Part shown: positions 45,149-58,485 of the stretch, in pieces
How positions within the stretch are numbered: the first letter of the stretch is position 1
Layout of the letters: every line of letters starts with the position of its first letter
From: Yuukianura sp. NJ FZ-2021
Taxonomy: Eukaryota
Direction of reading: 5' to 3'
NCBI GenBank assembly: GCA_046563655.1
Contig: CM102289.1
Location: forward strand, 558,001 to 622,000
Length of the DNA: 64,000 bases
Notes under the pieces: generated by a model
Databases searched by the model: none
The model's input: the letters and a program-made list of their open reading frames with translations, nothing else
Told to the model about the DNA's origin: nothing
Program-made: the position numbers and the translations under genes

Positions 45149-48104
45149 TTACCTTGCCCTACGATTGGTTAACTCAATCGTATTTGATCTGTCTATTGTT
45201 GTACGACTACATTTGGTTAAAATCCACGCACCAACCTCTTTTAGTAGAAGTTTCAATTCTTTTCGAAATTTGGTGCCAAGAATGGAGTAGAGGATGAAAT
45301 TGAGAGCAGAGTTGAGTAGTATGGGGAGAGAGACAATTGTTGCGGTAACTTCAGGCTCCACTCCCTTCAGAATAAAGTTGAGTTCCAGTGCAGCAGCCAA
45401 GGAGTTAAGCAGGATGAACACAAACACAACTGAAAGCAACATTCGAGTCAGGGAAGAGTCAGAAGCAGTACTGTGGGTGGTTGCAGTAAGGCGCCGCTCT
45501 CTCGCTGCTTTGGTTACCTGAAACATAACATAAACAATTCATTTTGCAACTTAGTTTTGTGTTTTTTATGCATTTGGTTTTAAATTTACCGCTCGAATGA
45601 TGAGTATGTTGAGTGTGACGATTGTAAAAAAGGGAACCAAGTAGATGCATAGATACCAGAGCAGTTGCTGGTAAATGATTTGGTAGAATGGAAATCTGTG
45701 CAACTGACACGGGAAATAATTGCTCCACTCGGGAGACGATGCTTCATAGCTCCATTTTGCAAACTCCAACCATCGCGGAAAATTTAGAAATGTTGAAAAT
45801 CCAAATGCCAGCAGTGTGTAACGTCGTGCTTTGCGAATTGTAAAAACCGATGACACTTGCAGTGGCTTCGAAATTGCAACATAACGCTCCAAAGTAACCA
45901 AAACCGTCATGTAGACCGACGCTGTGTACACTAGAACGGAAGTAAATTCTCATGCATTACACATCCACGTACATATAGGACGTACACCCGCATACAAACA
46001 CATATTCAATCCAAAATTTTAAATTTAATAAAATAAATAACTTTTTACATCAAATTTAAGTCTTATGCTTACTTGTCTTGCTGATTGGATAAGCCACGTA
46101 TCCGTTCCATTTCGAGCGCAGCATTTTTTCATGAAACAAGTTACTGAATTCCTCCGCCGTGACAAATGACGTAATCAAGTACATGGAATCGCAGCATGTG
46201 AGCCCCACAAGAAGTATGCTTGTTGAACTGCGCATTGCTTTGCGCATGAGCACGACGAAGCTCAAGCAGTTGAAAAGTAGTCCAATACCACAAATACAGT
46301 TAACAAATGTCATGTACGAGTTGTAAATTTGTGACAAGAGCGTTGAAGTTATTTCCTCTTCCGAGAATCCATGTAATTTCAAATGACGTGTAATCCTGTA
46401 CTCTTTTCTGACCCAGGGGTAATAAGCGTGGTCCAGAAGACGGTAACCAACTGTGCGATTTATTGTAAACATACGTGCCTGCTCTCCTTCAAAAGTGTTT
46501 TCGGGAAATGTTGCATTTAAAGTTGTTTTGATGAGCGCTTTAAATTGACTTTTGACTTTGAATCCAGGGTCATACATTGGCATTTTGATAGTCACAAACG
46601 TTGGAGCTAGTTGATTTACAAATGCCAAGAGCAGCCTTTGCGACAAAACATCCTCCATATTCATCATAACTCTCTCTACACGTGGAAAGATACTGCCAAT
46701 GTTGTCTAAAATTGCGTCATCAATTGTGCAGCTCATGAATGCTAAGTGTGTTATGTTTGACAACGGCGGCACTGGTAACATTTCGAATCTAACGTAAACA
46801 AACTGCAACACTAAGCTTTCTATTGTCCTTAATCCAAGTGACCCCAGGTCAACTGCAGGACACTCTTCACCCAAATACTGACAGTTGATGACCAAACGTT
46901 CCAATTCATGATTTTCCAAAATATCAACTAGTTTAGTATTCCACAAATACGAATTGTGTAGTTCAAGTCGTCGAAATTCTTTGGATAAATTGAAAACGCT
47001 AAGGTCAATGTCGCCAAACATCACAAGAATCTCCTGCAGTTTGGTGAACTGTTGTCGCAAGTGAGAAGGAGCCGAGTTGTAGCGGAAACTCAGCGATCCT
47101 GTACTAATTTCAACGAGTGAATTGGTTGGAAGATGTGCGACGTCAATTGCTTCAGGAACTTTGCTATGAATTACTATATGTGTAAGGGCAATAGAGGACG
47201 TTATAAGTTGTGATATGGTACCACCGATGAGGTCATTATCATACAAGGTCAAGCTTGTGACCGAGGTCAAGTTCACTGACTTCACATCAATTGTGCAGTC
47301 GCTCGCGCCGAATCCTTTAACGTTGATGAACGTGGTGAACAACATTCTCCAAATGGCGACATCTCTGATGCGTTTAACTTTTAAATCAGAACCCCTTATG
47401 CTAATATAAGCTCCATCACCAGAATTTATGAGAACATCTAAATTTTGGAACTTCGGAATTCCTCCGCTCCCTATTGTTCCATTTGTAAGAAAACTAATAA
47501 TGGATTCCAGGATTTCCCTGGTGTTCAAAACATAGGGCGGATAGTAAGATTGATCAAAGTGAATTTCGTTTAGACTTGGAAGATGAATTTTGCCCAAATT
47601 CGTTTCATGTTCCCAGACCCATTCTACATTGCTGAACTTCAAACTTGCCAAACAGGGAAAATTGGTTAAGAATTTAGCAAATATGGAGCTTCTCACGCGC
47701 AACAATTTTAATTCCAGTTCTGTTAGTGCACACTGTCCATCGACAGTAGAAATTTTTTCTACTCCATGGAAGTCCTGCAGCAATGTTTCGTTTCCAGTGA
47801 CTGTGATTTTGGTCCTATAAAAAGAATTGCAGAACATGTATTATATGTATTGTTCAACTACATATTGTATTTACCTGTGTATAAATAATTACATACCATT
47901 TATTTTTACATTAACATCTCTTATATTAACATTTTAAATTCCCGCTTAGCCAGAGGTTTAATGGTGCGAACAATGTCGCTTCCGTCTTTACATAGCCAAA
48001 AAAGCATTTTTAAATTACCCATATCTACTTCGGGTTTGGATATACGTTTCAGCCTTGGCTTCAGACGTAAATAAGAACACTAGAAAACTTAGTAACAAAT
48101 GCAT
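45149..48104 (-). CDS. Signal peptide + LRR-like ectodomain + FMRFamide-receptor-like GPCR, copy 2 (apparently intact)
   Basis: Exons 48104-48019 (MHLLLSFLVFLFTSEAKA), 47814-46073, 45930-45590, 45517-45149, all phase-compatible; YTASVYMTVLVTLERYVAI and NSALNFILY motifs. Confidence 0.85.
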
Positions 48105-48932
48105 AACGCGGAAATTTCAATGATGACCTTGATTTTTTGAAAATGTTGATTTCTCTCCACACCCTTCCCTTTTCTGACGGCAGAACAGGAAAGTACAGGT
48201 CTTAAATTAATCTTCAACCAACCAACTTAATCATAAGGTGTCAAACATTTTTAAAATTAAACAAAAAATGTGAGACTTCCCTAGCTAATTAACTATTACG
48301 TAATGAAGGACAATAATTTAGGACGAGGAAAAATTGATAGCTTAAATGATTATTTTGGGCCATCGATTTTTTTCCAAAAAAGGAAACCATTAACTTTACA
48401 GTTTTTTTTTCATACATATCCCCAACAAAATAGAGGTTTTCCTCAATTTCTGTCATAAATTTTCACTTTTCATTTCATTTCAACGTTCTCCAAAAAATTT
48501 CACTTTGAACGACCAAAAATGAAATCTTCTATGTCTCTGCGGTACTCACGTAATCTTATAAATTAAATACTCTATGTGACACAGATTAAACGCAGGAAGT
48601 TGAACACTAAAATTTAAACTAAAAGAAACGAAAAAAGTTATCTAACAAAAGTTATACAATTAATTATATAAATGATGGAACAAAGGCTAACGCGCAATAA
48701 ATTCATATTTTGAGAAATCCCGCAAAAAACGCCACTTGTATTTATATTTTGTTGTAAAAGTGCTTGTTTTATTTAGTCACTCATTTACTTTTCTGGAGAA
48801 GACTAATAATTCGACTTTGTCTGTCTGTTTTTCACGCCTTTAAATTTGAAAACTAATTCAAAAGTTGGTAACTTTTTATTCGAGCTTTGTTACATTGTTT
48901 GTTACACGAAATTTGCTATTTCTTGTGAGTTT

Positions 48933-49262
48933 TTAGTCCAAAAGTGGTATGGGGATGCAGTAGTATTTGCCGCAGTTGTTCCGGCAGCACATTTCGCGTT
49001 CAGTGTCACAAGCAAATCGTGGATCGTTGTTGCAGTGTAATGGTTGGAACTCCCTCGTACACGCAACAGGCTCACTTAGGTCAACCGGTGGACAACCCAA
49101 TGCTACAAAAACAAAAATTGTTAACAGTAAATGGACAAAGAAGAAGAAAATTTTGAAAAAGTTTGTCTTTTGAAATTTATCTTAAAGTAAAAGTTGATCT
49201 TTACCGTCAGCAAAGGCGACTAATGCTGCAATACCGACGAGCAACACAACGAACGACTTCAT
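48933..49262 (-). CDS. WAP-like peptide 7 (CPPVDLSEPVACTREFQPLHCNNDPRFACDTEREMCCRNNCGKYYCIPIPLLD)
   Basis: Two-exon structure, 8 Cys. Confidence 0.85.
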
Positions 49263-49814
49263 TTTTACTAAAGATGGCAGTTAATGTTAAGTTTAAATGT
49301 TAAAGTTAGCTTTAAATTTAAACTAAGTTGAAGCATATTTATAGTAATGGATTCCAGGAAGAATTGAGAGTATCTCAAGTAGCAACTGTTGAGGTAAGAG
49401 ATTGTGGCAGCAGTTTTAATTAATTAAAAGCTGTCGCATAACGCGATTAATTTTTGTGGTTGGTTAAAAATGAGGTGAGTTTTAAATTCTTTAATTAGCC
49501 AATACATTGTTCAAATTGTCAAATTTAAGCCAAAATTGTTAAAAGTAGTGCTGGAGTTAACAATTTAGAATTATCATAGAATTATCTTGAAAATTTTTTT
49601 TTCAAAGCAAAATGTGAAAAATACATCGGGAAATATTTCATCTCTGTAGCTAAATATCGGGTTATGTGGCAACTTTTAATTACTTGAACCTGCCACAATC
49701 TCTTACCTCAACTGTTGCTACTATAGATACTCCCAGAACTTCCGCAAATCCATTCCTATAAATATGCTTACATAACTAATGTTTAAATCATCCTAACTGC
49801 CGCCTTGAGTCAAA

Positions 49815-50145
49815 ATGAAGTCGTTTGTTGTGTTACTCGTCGCTATTGCAGCCATGGTCGCTGTTGCTGAAGGTAAAGATCCATGTTAATTTTAAGTTAA
49901 ATTTCAAATGACTAAATTTTTTTCCCAATTTTTCTGTTCTTTTGACAATTTCTGAGTAATAATTTTTGGTTGCTGCAGCATTGGAGTGTCCTGAGATTGA
50001 TCGAAGCCAGCCTTTTGCGTGTACGTATGAAATACCATTCGGCTGCGACAACACTCCAGAACTTGCTTGTGATGCTGACCAATTGTGCTGTCCAGACATA
50101 TGCTTTAAACACTATTGCTACCCCGCCAAAACAGTTTGGTACTGA
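49815..50145 (+). CDS. WAP-like peptide 8, inverted (CPEIDRSQPFACTYEIPFGCDNTPELACDADQLCCPDICFKHYCYPAKTVWY)
   Basis: MKSFVVLLVAIAAMVAVAE|gtaaag..gcag|; TATA at ~49757. Confidence 0.85.
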
Positions 50146-50619
50146 AAACTCCTAAGAAATAACTAAGTTGGTGTAACGAAATGTAACAATTGTAACAAAA
50201 TTCGATTAAAACGTTATCACCTTTGAATTTGTCCGAATTTTAAAACGGGACAGACAGACAAACTCTTCCTACTTATATTTTAATCTCTGTTCTCAATTGT
50301 CCATGAAAATACAAATCAAAATAAAATATATTTGAAGTGAATATGGAAATATTTTAGCGTTGTACCGATTTAACAAATCTAAAACTAAAACTAAATATAA
50401 AACGCCATCCATCTTTAACTGACCACAAAAAAGATCGGGTTATGCGGTAACTTTTAATTACTCAAAACTGCCACAATCTCTTACTTCAACTGTTGCTACT
50501 TGAGATACTCTCAAAACTCCCGGAAATACATTCATATAAATAGGCTTCCCCTTAGCTAAAATTTAAAGCTAACCTTAACATTTCCAACAACATTATCCTA
50601 ACTGCCGCCTGGAGTCAAA

Positions 50620-51289
50620 ATGAAGTCGTTTGTTGTGTTGCTCGTCGCTATTGCAGCCATGGTTAGGGGTCGCAAATTCGAAGCATTTTTGAAATTCGAA
50701 TTTCGAATTCTAAAAAAAGGCCTCGAATATTCGAATTTCGAATTTAAAATTCGAATTTCGACTTTGAAACCTCAATTATAAGCGGAACGCCAGACATCGA
50801 AATAGCATACTAAGCAATACCATTTTCAATTACCGTAGTATTGCACGTCTCGATAAATCGTTTTAGAGGACGTGGTAAACAATTTATACATAAATTCTTT
50901 AAGTTTGTTGTGAAAATCAATATTTGCCCTAATTTTTTGGTCAGATTCGAATTCGCGGCTTTTAAAACTCGAATTTTGAATTTCTAAAAGAGAGCCGAAT
51001 ATTCGAATTCAAATTCGAATCCAAATTCGAATTTGCGACCCCTAGCCATGGTCGCTGTTGCTGAAGGTAAACATTAACGTTAACTGTAAGCTAAATGTCA
51101 AATCACATTTTTTAATCCATTTTGGTTGTTTTAGCATTGGAGTGTCCACCGCATGACCCAAGCATAACCATGTGTACTTTGATGTTACAATTAACCCACT
51201 GCAACAACACTCCAAAACTTGCTTGTGATGCTGACCAATTGTGCTGCGCTGACGAATGCCGCAGATACCACTGCTACCCACCAAAATAG
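50620..51289 (+). pseudogene. WAP-like peptide 9, inverted; signal-peptide exon interrupted by a hAT MITE (exon 2 CPPHDPSITMCTLMLQLTHCNNTPKLAC...)
   Basis: Insertion at 50664-51044 inside the AAMV codons; exon 2 intact. Confidence 0.8.
50664..51044. mobile_element. hAT-like MITE (ttcgaa-rich subterminal repeats)
   Basis: TIR taggggtcgcaaattcga / tcgaatttgcgaccccta; perfect 8-bp TSD gccatggt. Confidence 0.9.
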
Positions 51290-51821
51290 TTCGAGACTAA
51301 AAACTCCCAAGATATAACAAAGTTCGTGTAACAAAATATGGTTAAAAAGTTACCAACTTTTTAATTTGTGTTGAAATTGAAAAAGGAGGTTGAATAAACC
51401 AAGGTTCGTATTGCAATGAAATAGTTTCTTTTTAACAAGTTAGACAATAAAGTTTTTCTAAAAATCTAGCTCCCAATCCCATTTAGCTAGCCTAGGTAAA
51501 ACGCTGCCGCTGAAATTAAAAATAAAAGACACGAGAAACAGTTATTTAAAAAAGTTTCATAATGATAGACTAAGGCTAACGCATAATAAATCTACATTTT
51601 AAAAAATCCATGCAACTTGTATTCAAATTTTGTTTCAAAAGTTCTCACTGTATTTCGTCACTTTTTTAGTCTTCTGGAAAAGACTATTGCTTCAACCTTG
51701 TCTGTCTGCCCGTCACGTTTTCAAATTTGAAAACAAATTAAAATTTAACTTTTTATTCTAAACTTGTTGCTTTTTTTTTACATAGATTGTTATACGAACT
51801 TTATTAATTTATGTGTAGTTT

Positions 51822-52166
51822 TTAATCCCAGACTGGCAAGGCGCCAATGCAATTGAATTTGCCGCAGGCGTCTTTGCAGCACTTTTGGAAGTAAGGATCA
51901 CAAGCAAGTCGTTGGTCGTTGTTGCAGTGGATTGGTTGGAAATCCCTCGTGCAATGAGCAGGCTTGCTTAGGTCAATCTCGGGACATTCAAAGGCTACAA
52001 GAACCAAAATTGGTAATAAAAAATTGTCAGAAGAGAAGAAAAATTTAAAAAGTTTTTTGTTTAAAAAGTGAATTGAAATTTAAATTGAAAGTTAAAGTGG
52101 ATCTTTACCTCCTGCCACGGCGATCAATACTGCAATCCCAACGAGCAACACCACAAACGACTTCAT
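51822..52166 (-). CDS. WAP-like peptide 10 (CPEIDLSKPAHCTRDFQPIHCNNDQRLACDPYFQKCCKDACGKFNCIGALPVWD)
   Basis: Two-exon structure, 8 Cys. Confidence 0.85.
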
Positions 52167-52519
52167 TCTGACTAAGGAGGCAGTTAGGTTAGTGTTGGAG
52201 TAAATATTACGGTTAACTTTAAATTTTAGCTAAACTGAAGCATATTTATAGGAATGCATTCTAGGAAGTTTTGAGCGTATCTCAAGTAGCAACAGTTGAG
52301 GTAAGAGATTGTGGCAGTTTCAATTAATTAAAACCTGCCGCATAGCTCGATAACTTTTTGTCGTTAGTTAAAGATGCAGGGAGTTTTATATATAAGGCTG
52401 AAATATTTCCGAATACATGTTTCAATTGGCCAAATAGCGTAAAAGCAGCGCTGAGATTCCCAGTTTAGTAAGATTTTTCTTTAATTAGGATCAGAATCAG
52501 GTGAAAATCGAGATCCCTG

Positions 52520-52666
52520 TATTAGCTGAGCGCTAATTCTGAGGATTAGGGAGTGGGATAAAGAGGAAACTGATGACAAGCCAGAAAAAATACAAAAACT
52601 GAGTGGGACTCGAACCCATGCCTTCATTCAGAGTACATACTCTCTAAACCATTGAGCTATCGATAG
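52520..52666 (-). mobile_element. tRNA-derived SINE-like element or pseudo-tRNA (second copy ~54733-54877)
   Basis: Minus strand has A box TAGCTCAATGG and B box GGTTCGAGTCC at tRNA spacing; the acceptor stem does not pair. Confidence 0.6.
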
Positions 52667-52965
52667 AACTGATCACTTCTAGGCTGCCTTAATGGAAGGA
52701 AACCGGTGCATGTGATGAGATTGTGGCAATACTGCAAAAATTGCAAAATTGAAGGGGAAAATGAAACTTTTATGTTGCTAACTAGCCTATATCTATTCAA
52801 CTTATTTAAAAAAAATACATGTTACTGATACACCATGACTGACGCCCAGTAAATTCATTTTTTGAAAAATCCGATGAAACGCAAATTGTTATTCATTTTT
52901 TTTATTTTGACTATTAATTCGACTGTGTGTGTCTGTCTGAGACGTTGTTGAATTTGAAGACAAAT

Positions 52966-53326
52966 TCACAAGTAGGCGATCATGTCCCCTATCTTCACGT
53001 CCCGTGGGTTTCTGTTGGTGTAGCAATGGAATTTGCCGCAGACGTCTTCGCAGCACTTGTACCCAGCATGACAAGCAAGTTGTGGAGTGTTGTTGCAGTG
53101 CGTAACTTGCAAATCCGCCGTACACATAACAGGCTTGCTTCGGTCAATCGGTGGACATTCTAATGCTACAAGAATCAAAAATTGTCAATAGGAAATTGGC
53201 AAAGGAGAACAAAATTTAGAAAAAGTTTGTCATTTGAAATTTAACTTAAAGTGAAAGTGGATGTTTACCCTCAGCAAAGGCGAACAAGGCTGCAATTGCG
53301 ACAAGCAACACAGCAAACGACTTCAT
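52966..53326 (-). CDS. WAP-like peptide 11 (CPPIDRSKPVMCTADLQVTHCNNTPQLACHAGYKCCEDVCGKFHCY...)
   Basis: Two-exon structure, 8 Cys. Confidence 0.85.
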
Positions 53327-53999
53327 TTTGACTCAAGGCAGAAGTTAAGTTAATTTGGAGTAACTGTTAAGGTTAACTTTAAATTTTAGCTAAACTGAAG
53401 CATATTTATAGGAATGCATTCCCGGAAGAATTGAGAATATCTCAAGTAGCAACAGTTGAGGTAAGAGATTGTAGCAGTTTCAATTAATTAAAAGCTGCCG
53501 CATAACCCGATTAACCGTTTGTGGGTGGTTAAAGATGAATGAAGTTTTAGGTTAGTTAATTAGCTACAAAGGTTAGGTTAGGAATATTTCCCAGTGTATT
53601 TTTCAAATTAAATTTAAGTAAAACTGGGCGTAAAAGTAACGCTGGAGTTTCCAATTTACAAATGCTAATTAAGAATTCATTTTGATTTCTTGCAATCAAA
53701 AAAAAATTAACCTGAAAGCCACTTAAAAAAAGTTAAAAGGCTACACGCATCAATTCATATTTTGAAGAATCCCGTGCAACATGCATGTTGTACTCTTGTA
53801 TTCAAATTTCGTTGCAAGAGTACCCGTTTGTTCAATTACTTTTTTCAGTCGGAAGATGCATGCCTACAACATTCTGGCTGGAGAAGACTATTGATTCGAT
53901 TTTGTCTGTCTGTCTGTTACTCACGTTTTTAAATTTGAACACAAATTCAAAAGTTGGTCACGTTTTATTCGAATTTTGTTAGAAACTAATGGTTTCTAA

Positions 54000-54355
54000 T
54001 TAAATGAAATTTAAAGGATTGGTGAGAGAGAATTGATCTCCAAATTGGTAATAGCACTTAAATTTGCCGCAGTTATCTTCGCAGCACTTTTGGAAAGGCG
54101 GACAAGCATATTCTGGATCGTTGTTGCAGTGGCGTGGTTGGAAATCCTTCGTGCATGCAACGGGCTTGCTTCGGTCAATCGGTGGGCATCCCGAAACTGC
54201 AAGACCAGAATGTGTTAAGAGAAAATTGTCAAAAGAGAAAAAACTTGGAAAAAGATTGTCATTTGAAATTTAAATTAAAAGTAAAGCGGATGTTTACCTT
54301 GAGCAACGACGACCATGGCAGCAACAGCCACGAGCAACACAACAAATGACTTCAT
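54000..54355 (-). CDS. WAP-like peptide 12 (CPPIDRSKPVACTKDFQPRHCNNDPEYACPPFQKCCEDNCGKFKCYY...)
   Basis: Two-exon structure, 8 Cys. Confidence 0.85.
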
Positions 54356-54732
54356 TTTGACAAAACTTGACCAAGAGTTTAACTAAACACAGTTAATTTA
54401 ATGTTGGAGTAAATGTTAAGGTTAACATTAAATTTTAATTAAGTTGAAGCTTATTTATAGGAATGCAGTTCCGGAAGTTCTGGGAGTATCTCAAGTAGCA
54501 ACAGTTGAGGTAAGAGATTGTAGCAGTTTCAATTAATTAAAAGCTGCCGCATACCTTGATACCTTTTTGTGGTTAGTCAGAGATGTAGGGAGTTTTTAGA
54601 TACAAGGCTAAAACTATTTCTGAATACTTTTTCAAATTGCCAAATAGCGTAAAAGTAGCGCTGAGATTCCCAATTTAGTAAGATTTTTCTTAATAAGGAT
54701 CTACTGTACTCAGAATTTGGTGAAAACACTCT

Positions 54733-54877
54733 ATTAGCTGAGCGCTAATTATGAGTTCTGGGGAGTGGGATAAAAAGGAAACGGAGGACAAGCCAGAAAA
54801 AATACAAGAACTGAGTGGGACTCGAACCCATACCCCTTCATTCTGGGTTGATACTCTAACCATTGAGCTATCGATAG
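54733..54877 (-). mobile_element. tRNA-derived SINE-like element, copy 2 (co-duplicated with the array unit)
   Basis: Same A/B boxes and flanks as 52520-52666. Confidence 0.6.
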
Positions 54878-55157
54878 CTATCAATAGAACTGATGTGCAT
54901 GTGATGGGAGTGATTCAATACTACAAGAATTTCAAAATTGAAGGAAAAAATTGAAACTTTTATGTTGCTAACTGTCCTATATTTATTCAACTTATTTAAA
55001 GAAATTACATGTTACTGATAGACATTATCTGACGCCCAGTAAAATCATATTTTGAAAAATCCAATAAAACACGCAACTTTTATTCAAATTTTGTTATTTA
55101 GACTAATAATTCGACTGTGTGTGTCTGTCTGTCACGTTGTTGAATTTGAAGACAAAT

Positions 55158-55521
55158 TCAAGCGAAGGCGATCTTCCCTTTAGGTACCTCCCCTATCAAG
55201 GGCTTTCTGTTGGTGTAGCAATGGAATTTGCCGCACGCGTCTTCGCAACACTTCTGGAACTCAAGACAAGCAAATCGTGGATCGTTGTTGCAGTGGAGTG
55301 GTTGCAAATTCTCCGTACACGGGATAGCTTTGCTTCGGTCAATCGGTGGACACTCTAATGCTACAACAATTAAAAATTGTCAATAGGAAATTGGCAAAGG
55401 AGAACAAAATTTAGAAAAAGTCTGTCATTTGAAATTTAAGTTGAAGTTAAAGGGGATGTTTACCCTCAGCAAAGGCGAACATTGCTGCAATAGCGACGAG
55501 CAACACAACAAACGACTTCAT
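55158..55521 (-). CDS. WAP-like peptide 13 (CPPIDRSKAIPCTENLQPLHCNNDPRFACLEFQKCCEDACGKFHCY...)
   Basis: Two-exon structure, 8 Cys. Confidence 0.85.
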
Positions 55522-56294
55522 TTTGACTCAAGGCAGAAGTTAAGTTTAGTGTTGGAGGAACTGTTAAGGTTAACTTTAAATTTTAGTTAAGTTGAAGCAT
55601 ATTTATAGAAATGCAGTTCCGGAAGTTTTGGGAGTATCTCAAGTAGCAACAGTTGAGGTAAGAGATTGTGGCTCTTGGCCTAACATAGTTGTTTTAACTT
55701 AAAGGTGGCCGCATTACTCGATTAATTTTTGTGGTTGGTTAAAATGAAGAGAGCTTTAGATTTGTTAATAAACTACAAAGCTGAAATACTTTCCAATGTT
55801 TTTTCCCAAATTTAAATCGAAAAGAGTAAAAGTAGGGCTGGGGTGCATAATTTACAATGATTTTTGTAAATTAAAAACTCATTTTGGTTTTTTGCAGTGA
55901 GAGAAAAAAGTGGTGCCTTACGTAGAAAGTTGACACCAAGATTAAAACTTAAAGCACGAACAAAAAAAGTTATTTAAAAAAGTTACATGATAATGATAAA
56001 CCATAATTCTAATGCACAATACATCCAGATTTTGAAAAATCTCGCGCCACATACAAATTGTTATTCAACTTTTGTTGCAAAAGTTAGCAGTTTGGTAATT
56101 TTTTAGACTCATGCCTACAACATGCCGGAGAAGACTATTGATTCGACTTTAGTCTTTCTGTCTGTCTGTCCGTTTATCACGTTTTTAAATTTGAAAATTC
56201 AAATTCGGAAGTCTGTAACTTTTTAATCAAATTTGTTCATTTTGTTACACGAACTGCGTTATTCCTTTGTAGTTTTTAGTCCCAAACTGCCGGC

Positions 56295-56598
56295 TTATGG
56301 ATAGCAATAGAATTTGCCGCAGTTGTTTCGGCAGCACAATTCGGATTCAGCATCACAAGCAAATCGTGGATCATTGTTGCAGTGGACCGGTTGGAAATCC
56401 GCCGTACAAAGAGTATGCTGACTTCGGTCAATTGGTGGACACTCCAATGCTAAAACAACCAAAAAATAGTTAGGAAATTCTCAAAAAAAAAAGTTAGAAA
56501 AAGTTTGTGAATTGAAATTGAAATGGAATTGGATCTTCACCTTGAGCAACGGCAACCAACGCTGCAATGCCTACGAGAAACACAACAAACGACTTCAT
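56295..56598 (-). CDS. WAP-like peptide 14 (CPPIDRSQHTLCTADFQPVHCNNDPRFACDAESELCCRNNCGKFYCYP)
   Basis: Two-exon structure, 8 Cys. Confidence 0.85.
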
Positions 56599-57370
56599 TT
56601 TTACAAAAAACGGCAGTTAGGTTAATGTTGTCTTGTTAAAGTTGACTTTAAATTTCAGTTAAGTTGAAGCATATTTATAGGAATGCACTTCTGTAAGATT
56701 TAAAACTGTTGTCAACTAGCAACAGTTGGGGTAAGACTTTGTGGCATTTTCAAGTTAATTAAAAACCGTTCCATGACCCCCAATTAATTCTTCGTGGTTA
56801 ACTAAAGCATGAACACGCAGGGAATTTTACATTCAAAGCTAAAATATTCCTCAATTCATTTGCCAAATTTCCAAATTCACGTCAAATGGGTAAAAGAACT
56901 TCCTAATTTAAATTTTTGTTGATTAGTACAAATGTCAAAAATATTTTAGTCTATATATCAGTAATGACAATAAAAAAAACGTTTTGGGTTTCTCTTTCAA
57001 TAAATATTTATTTGGAATCCTCAGTTAAGTAAAATATTTAGACAGTTTTTAGGAATTGTATTTTTTTTCAATAATTCGAGCGTCTTTGGTACATATTTTT
57101 GACAACCCTGTTAATTATGAACAATAAAAGTTAATAGCTAATAGCTAAAGTACAACAAATCCAAATTTGCAAAATCCCGCTGAAGAGGCAACTTTTATTA
57201 AAACTTTTTCTAGCTTCTGGAAGAGACTATTAACTCGACTCTGTCTTTCTGTCTGTCTGTCTGTCACTTTTTGAAATTTTAACCAAAATTCACAAATTAG
57301 TAGCTTTATTCAAGTTTTTTTTACATTTGTTAGATTGCTTGTTAAAGAAGTTTGATATTTCTGAGGCGTT

Positions 57371-57405
57371 TTTAGTCAAAAAGTGTGGGGAGTATGGGGA
57401 GACAC
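57371..57405 (-). pseudogene. 3' remnant of a peptide-5 duplicate at a deletion junction
   Basis: ttagtcaaaaagtgtggggagtatggggagaca is identical to 43243-43275, then jumps to sequence similar to ~44870. Confidence 0.65.
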
Positions 57406-58143
57406 GGAACGGAGTTTTAGATTTGTAAATTAGCTATTAGACTAAAATATTTACCAATGCAGATTTCAAGTTCTTAAATTATAAGTAAAATGGGTAATGA
57501 TCATTTCACAATTGAGATTCTGTATTGGAAGTATTTGGGAATCTCGCTCAATTTTTTTTAAATTCAATGGCATTCTAAAAATACATCATTTGAACTCAAT
57601 TTTTTAAATTGGAACCTCTTAAAGTTACAATATCTCAGTTGAATTTTTGTTTGAAAATCAAAATGCCGACGTACAAAAGTTACATTTCAAATGAAGTTTT
57701 CGTAACATTGAACTATTTTAGGTTAAAAAACGACCAAAATTTTTTCTCTGTTACTCACGTAGCGTTATAAATTAAATACTTTATGACGTACAGAAGTCGC
57801 AAACAAAATAAAATTAAAGGCAGAAAGTTGAACACTAAAATTTAAACTAAAAGAAACAAAAAAAGTTATTTAAAAAAAGTTATTTAAATGATGGAATGAT
57901 GGCAGACGCACAATAAATTCATGTTTTGAAAAATCCCACACACAACGCGACTTGTATTCATATTTTGTTGCAAAAAGTCCATGTCTTAGTTAGTCACTCA
58001 TTTAGTTTTGTGGAGAGGACTAATAATTCGACTTTATCTGTCTGTTTGTCACGCCTTTAAAATTTGAAAACCAATTCAAAAATTGGTAACTTTTTATTCG
58101 AGCTTTGTTACATTGTTTGTTACACGAACTTTGCTATTTCTTG

Positions 58144-58485
58144 TTAGTTTTTTAGTCCAAAAGTGGTATGGGGATGCAGTAGTATTTGCCGCAGTTGTCT
58201 TCGGCAGCACATTTCGCGTTCAGTATCACAAGCAAATCGTGGATCGTTGTTGCAGTGTAATGGTTGGAACTCCCTCGTACACGGAATAGGCTCGCTTAGG
58301 TCAACCGGTGGACAACCCAATGCTACAAAAACCAAAAAGTTGTTAACAGTAAATGGACAAAGAAGAAGAAAATTTTGAAAAAAGTTTGTCTTTTGAAATT
58401 TATCTTAAAGTAAAAGTTGATCTTTACCGTCAGCAAAGGCGACCAATGCTGCAATACCGACGAGTAACACAACGAACGACTTCAT
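58144..58485 (-). pseudogene. WAP-like peptide 15 (duplicate of peptide 7) with a +1 frameshift after CC
   Basis: ...EMCC CGA AGA CAA; the last two Cys are out of frame. Confidence 0.75.

Noticed and set aside
52599..52666. Functional tRNA gene
   Set aside because: A/B boxes are present, but the acceptor stem does not pair and the anticodon arm differs between the two copies.
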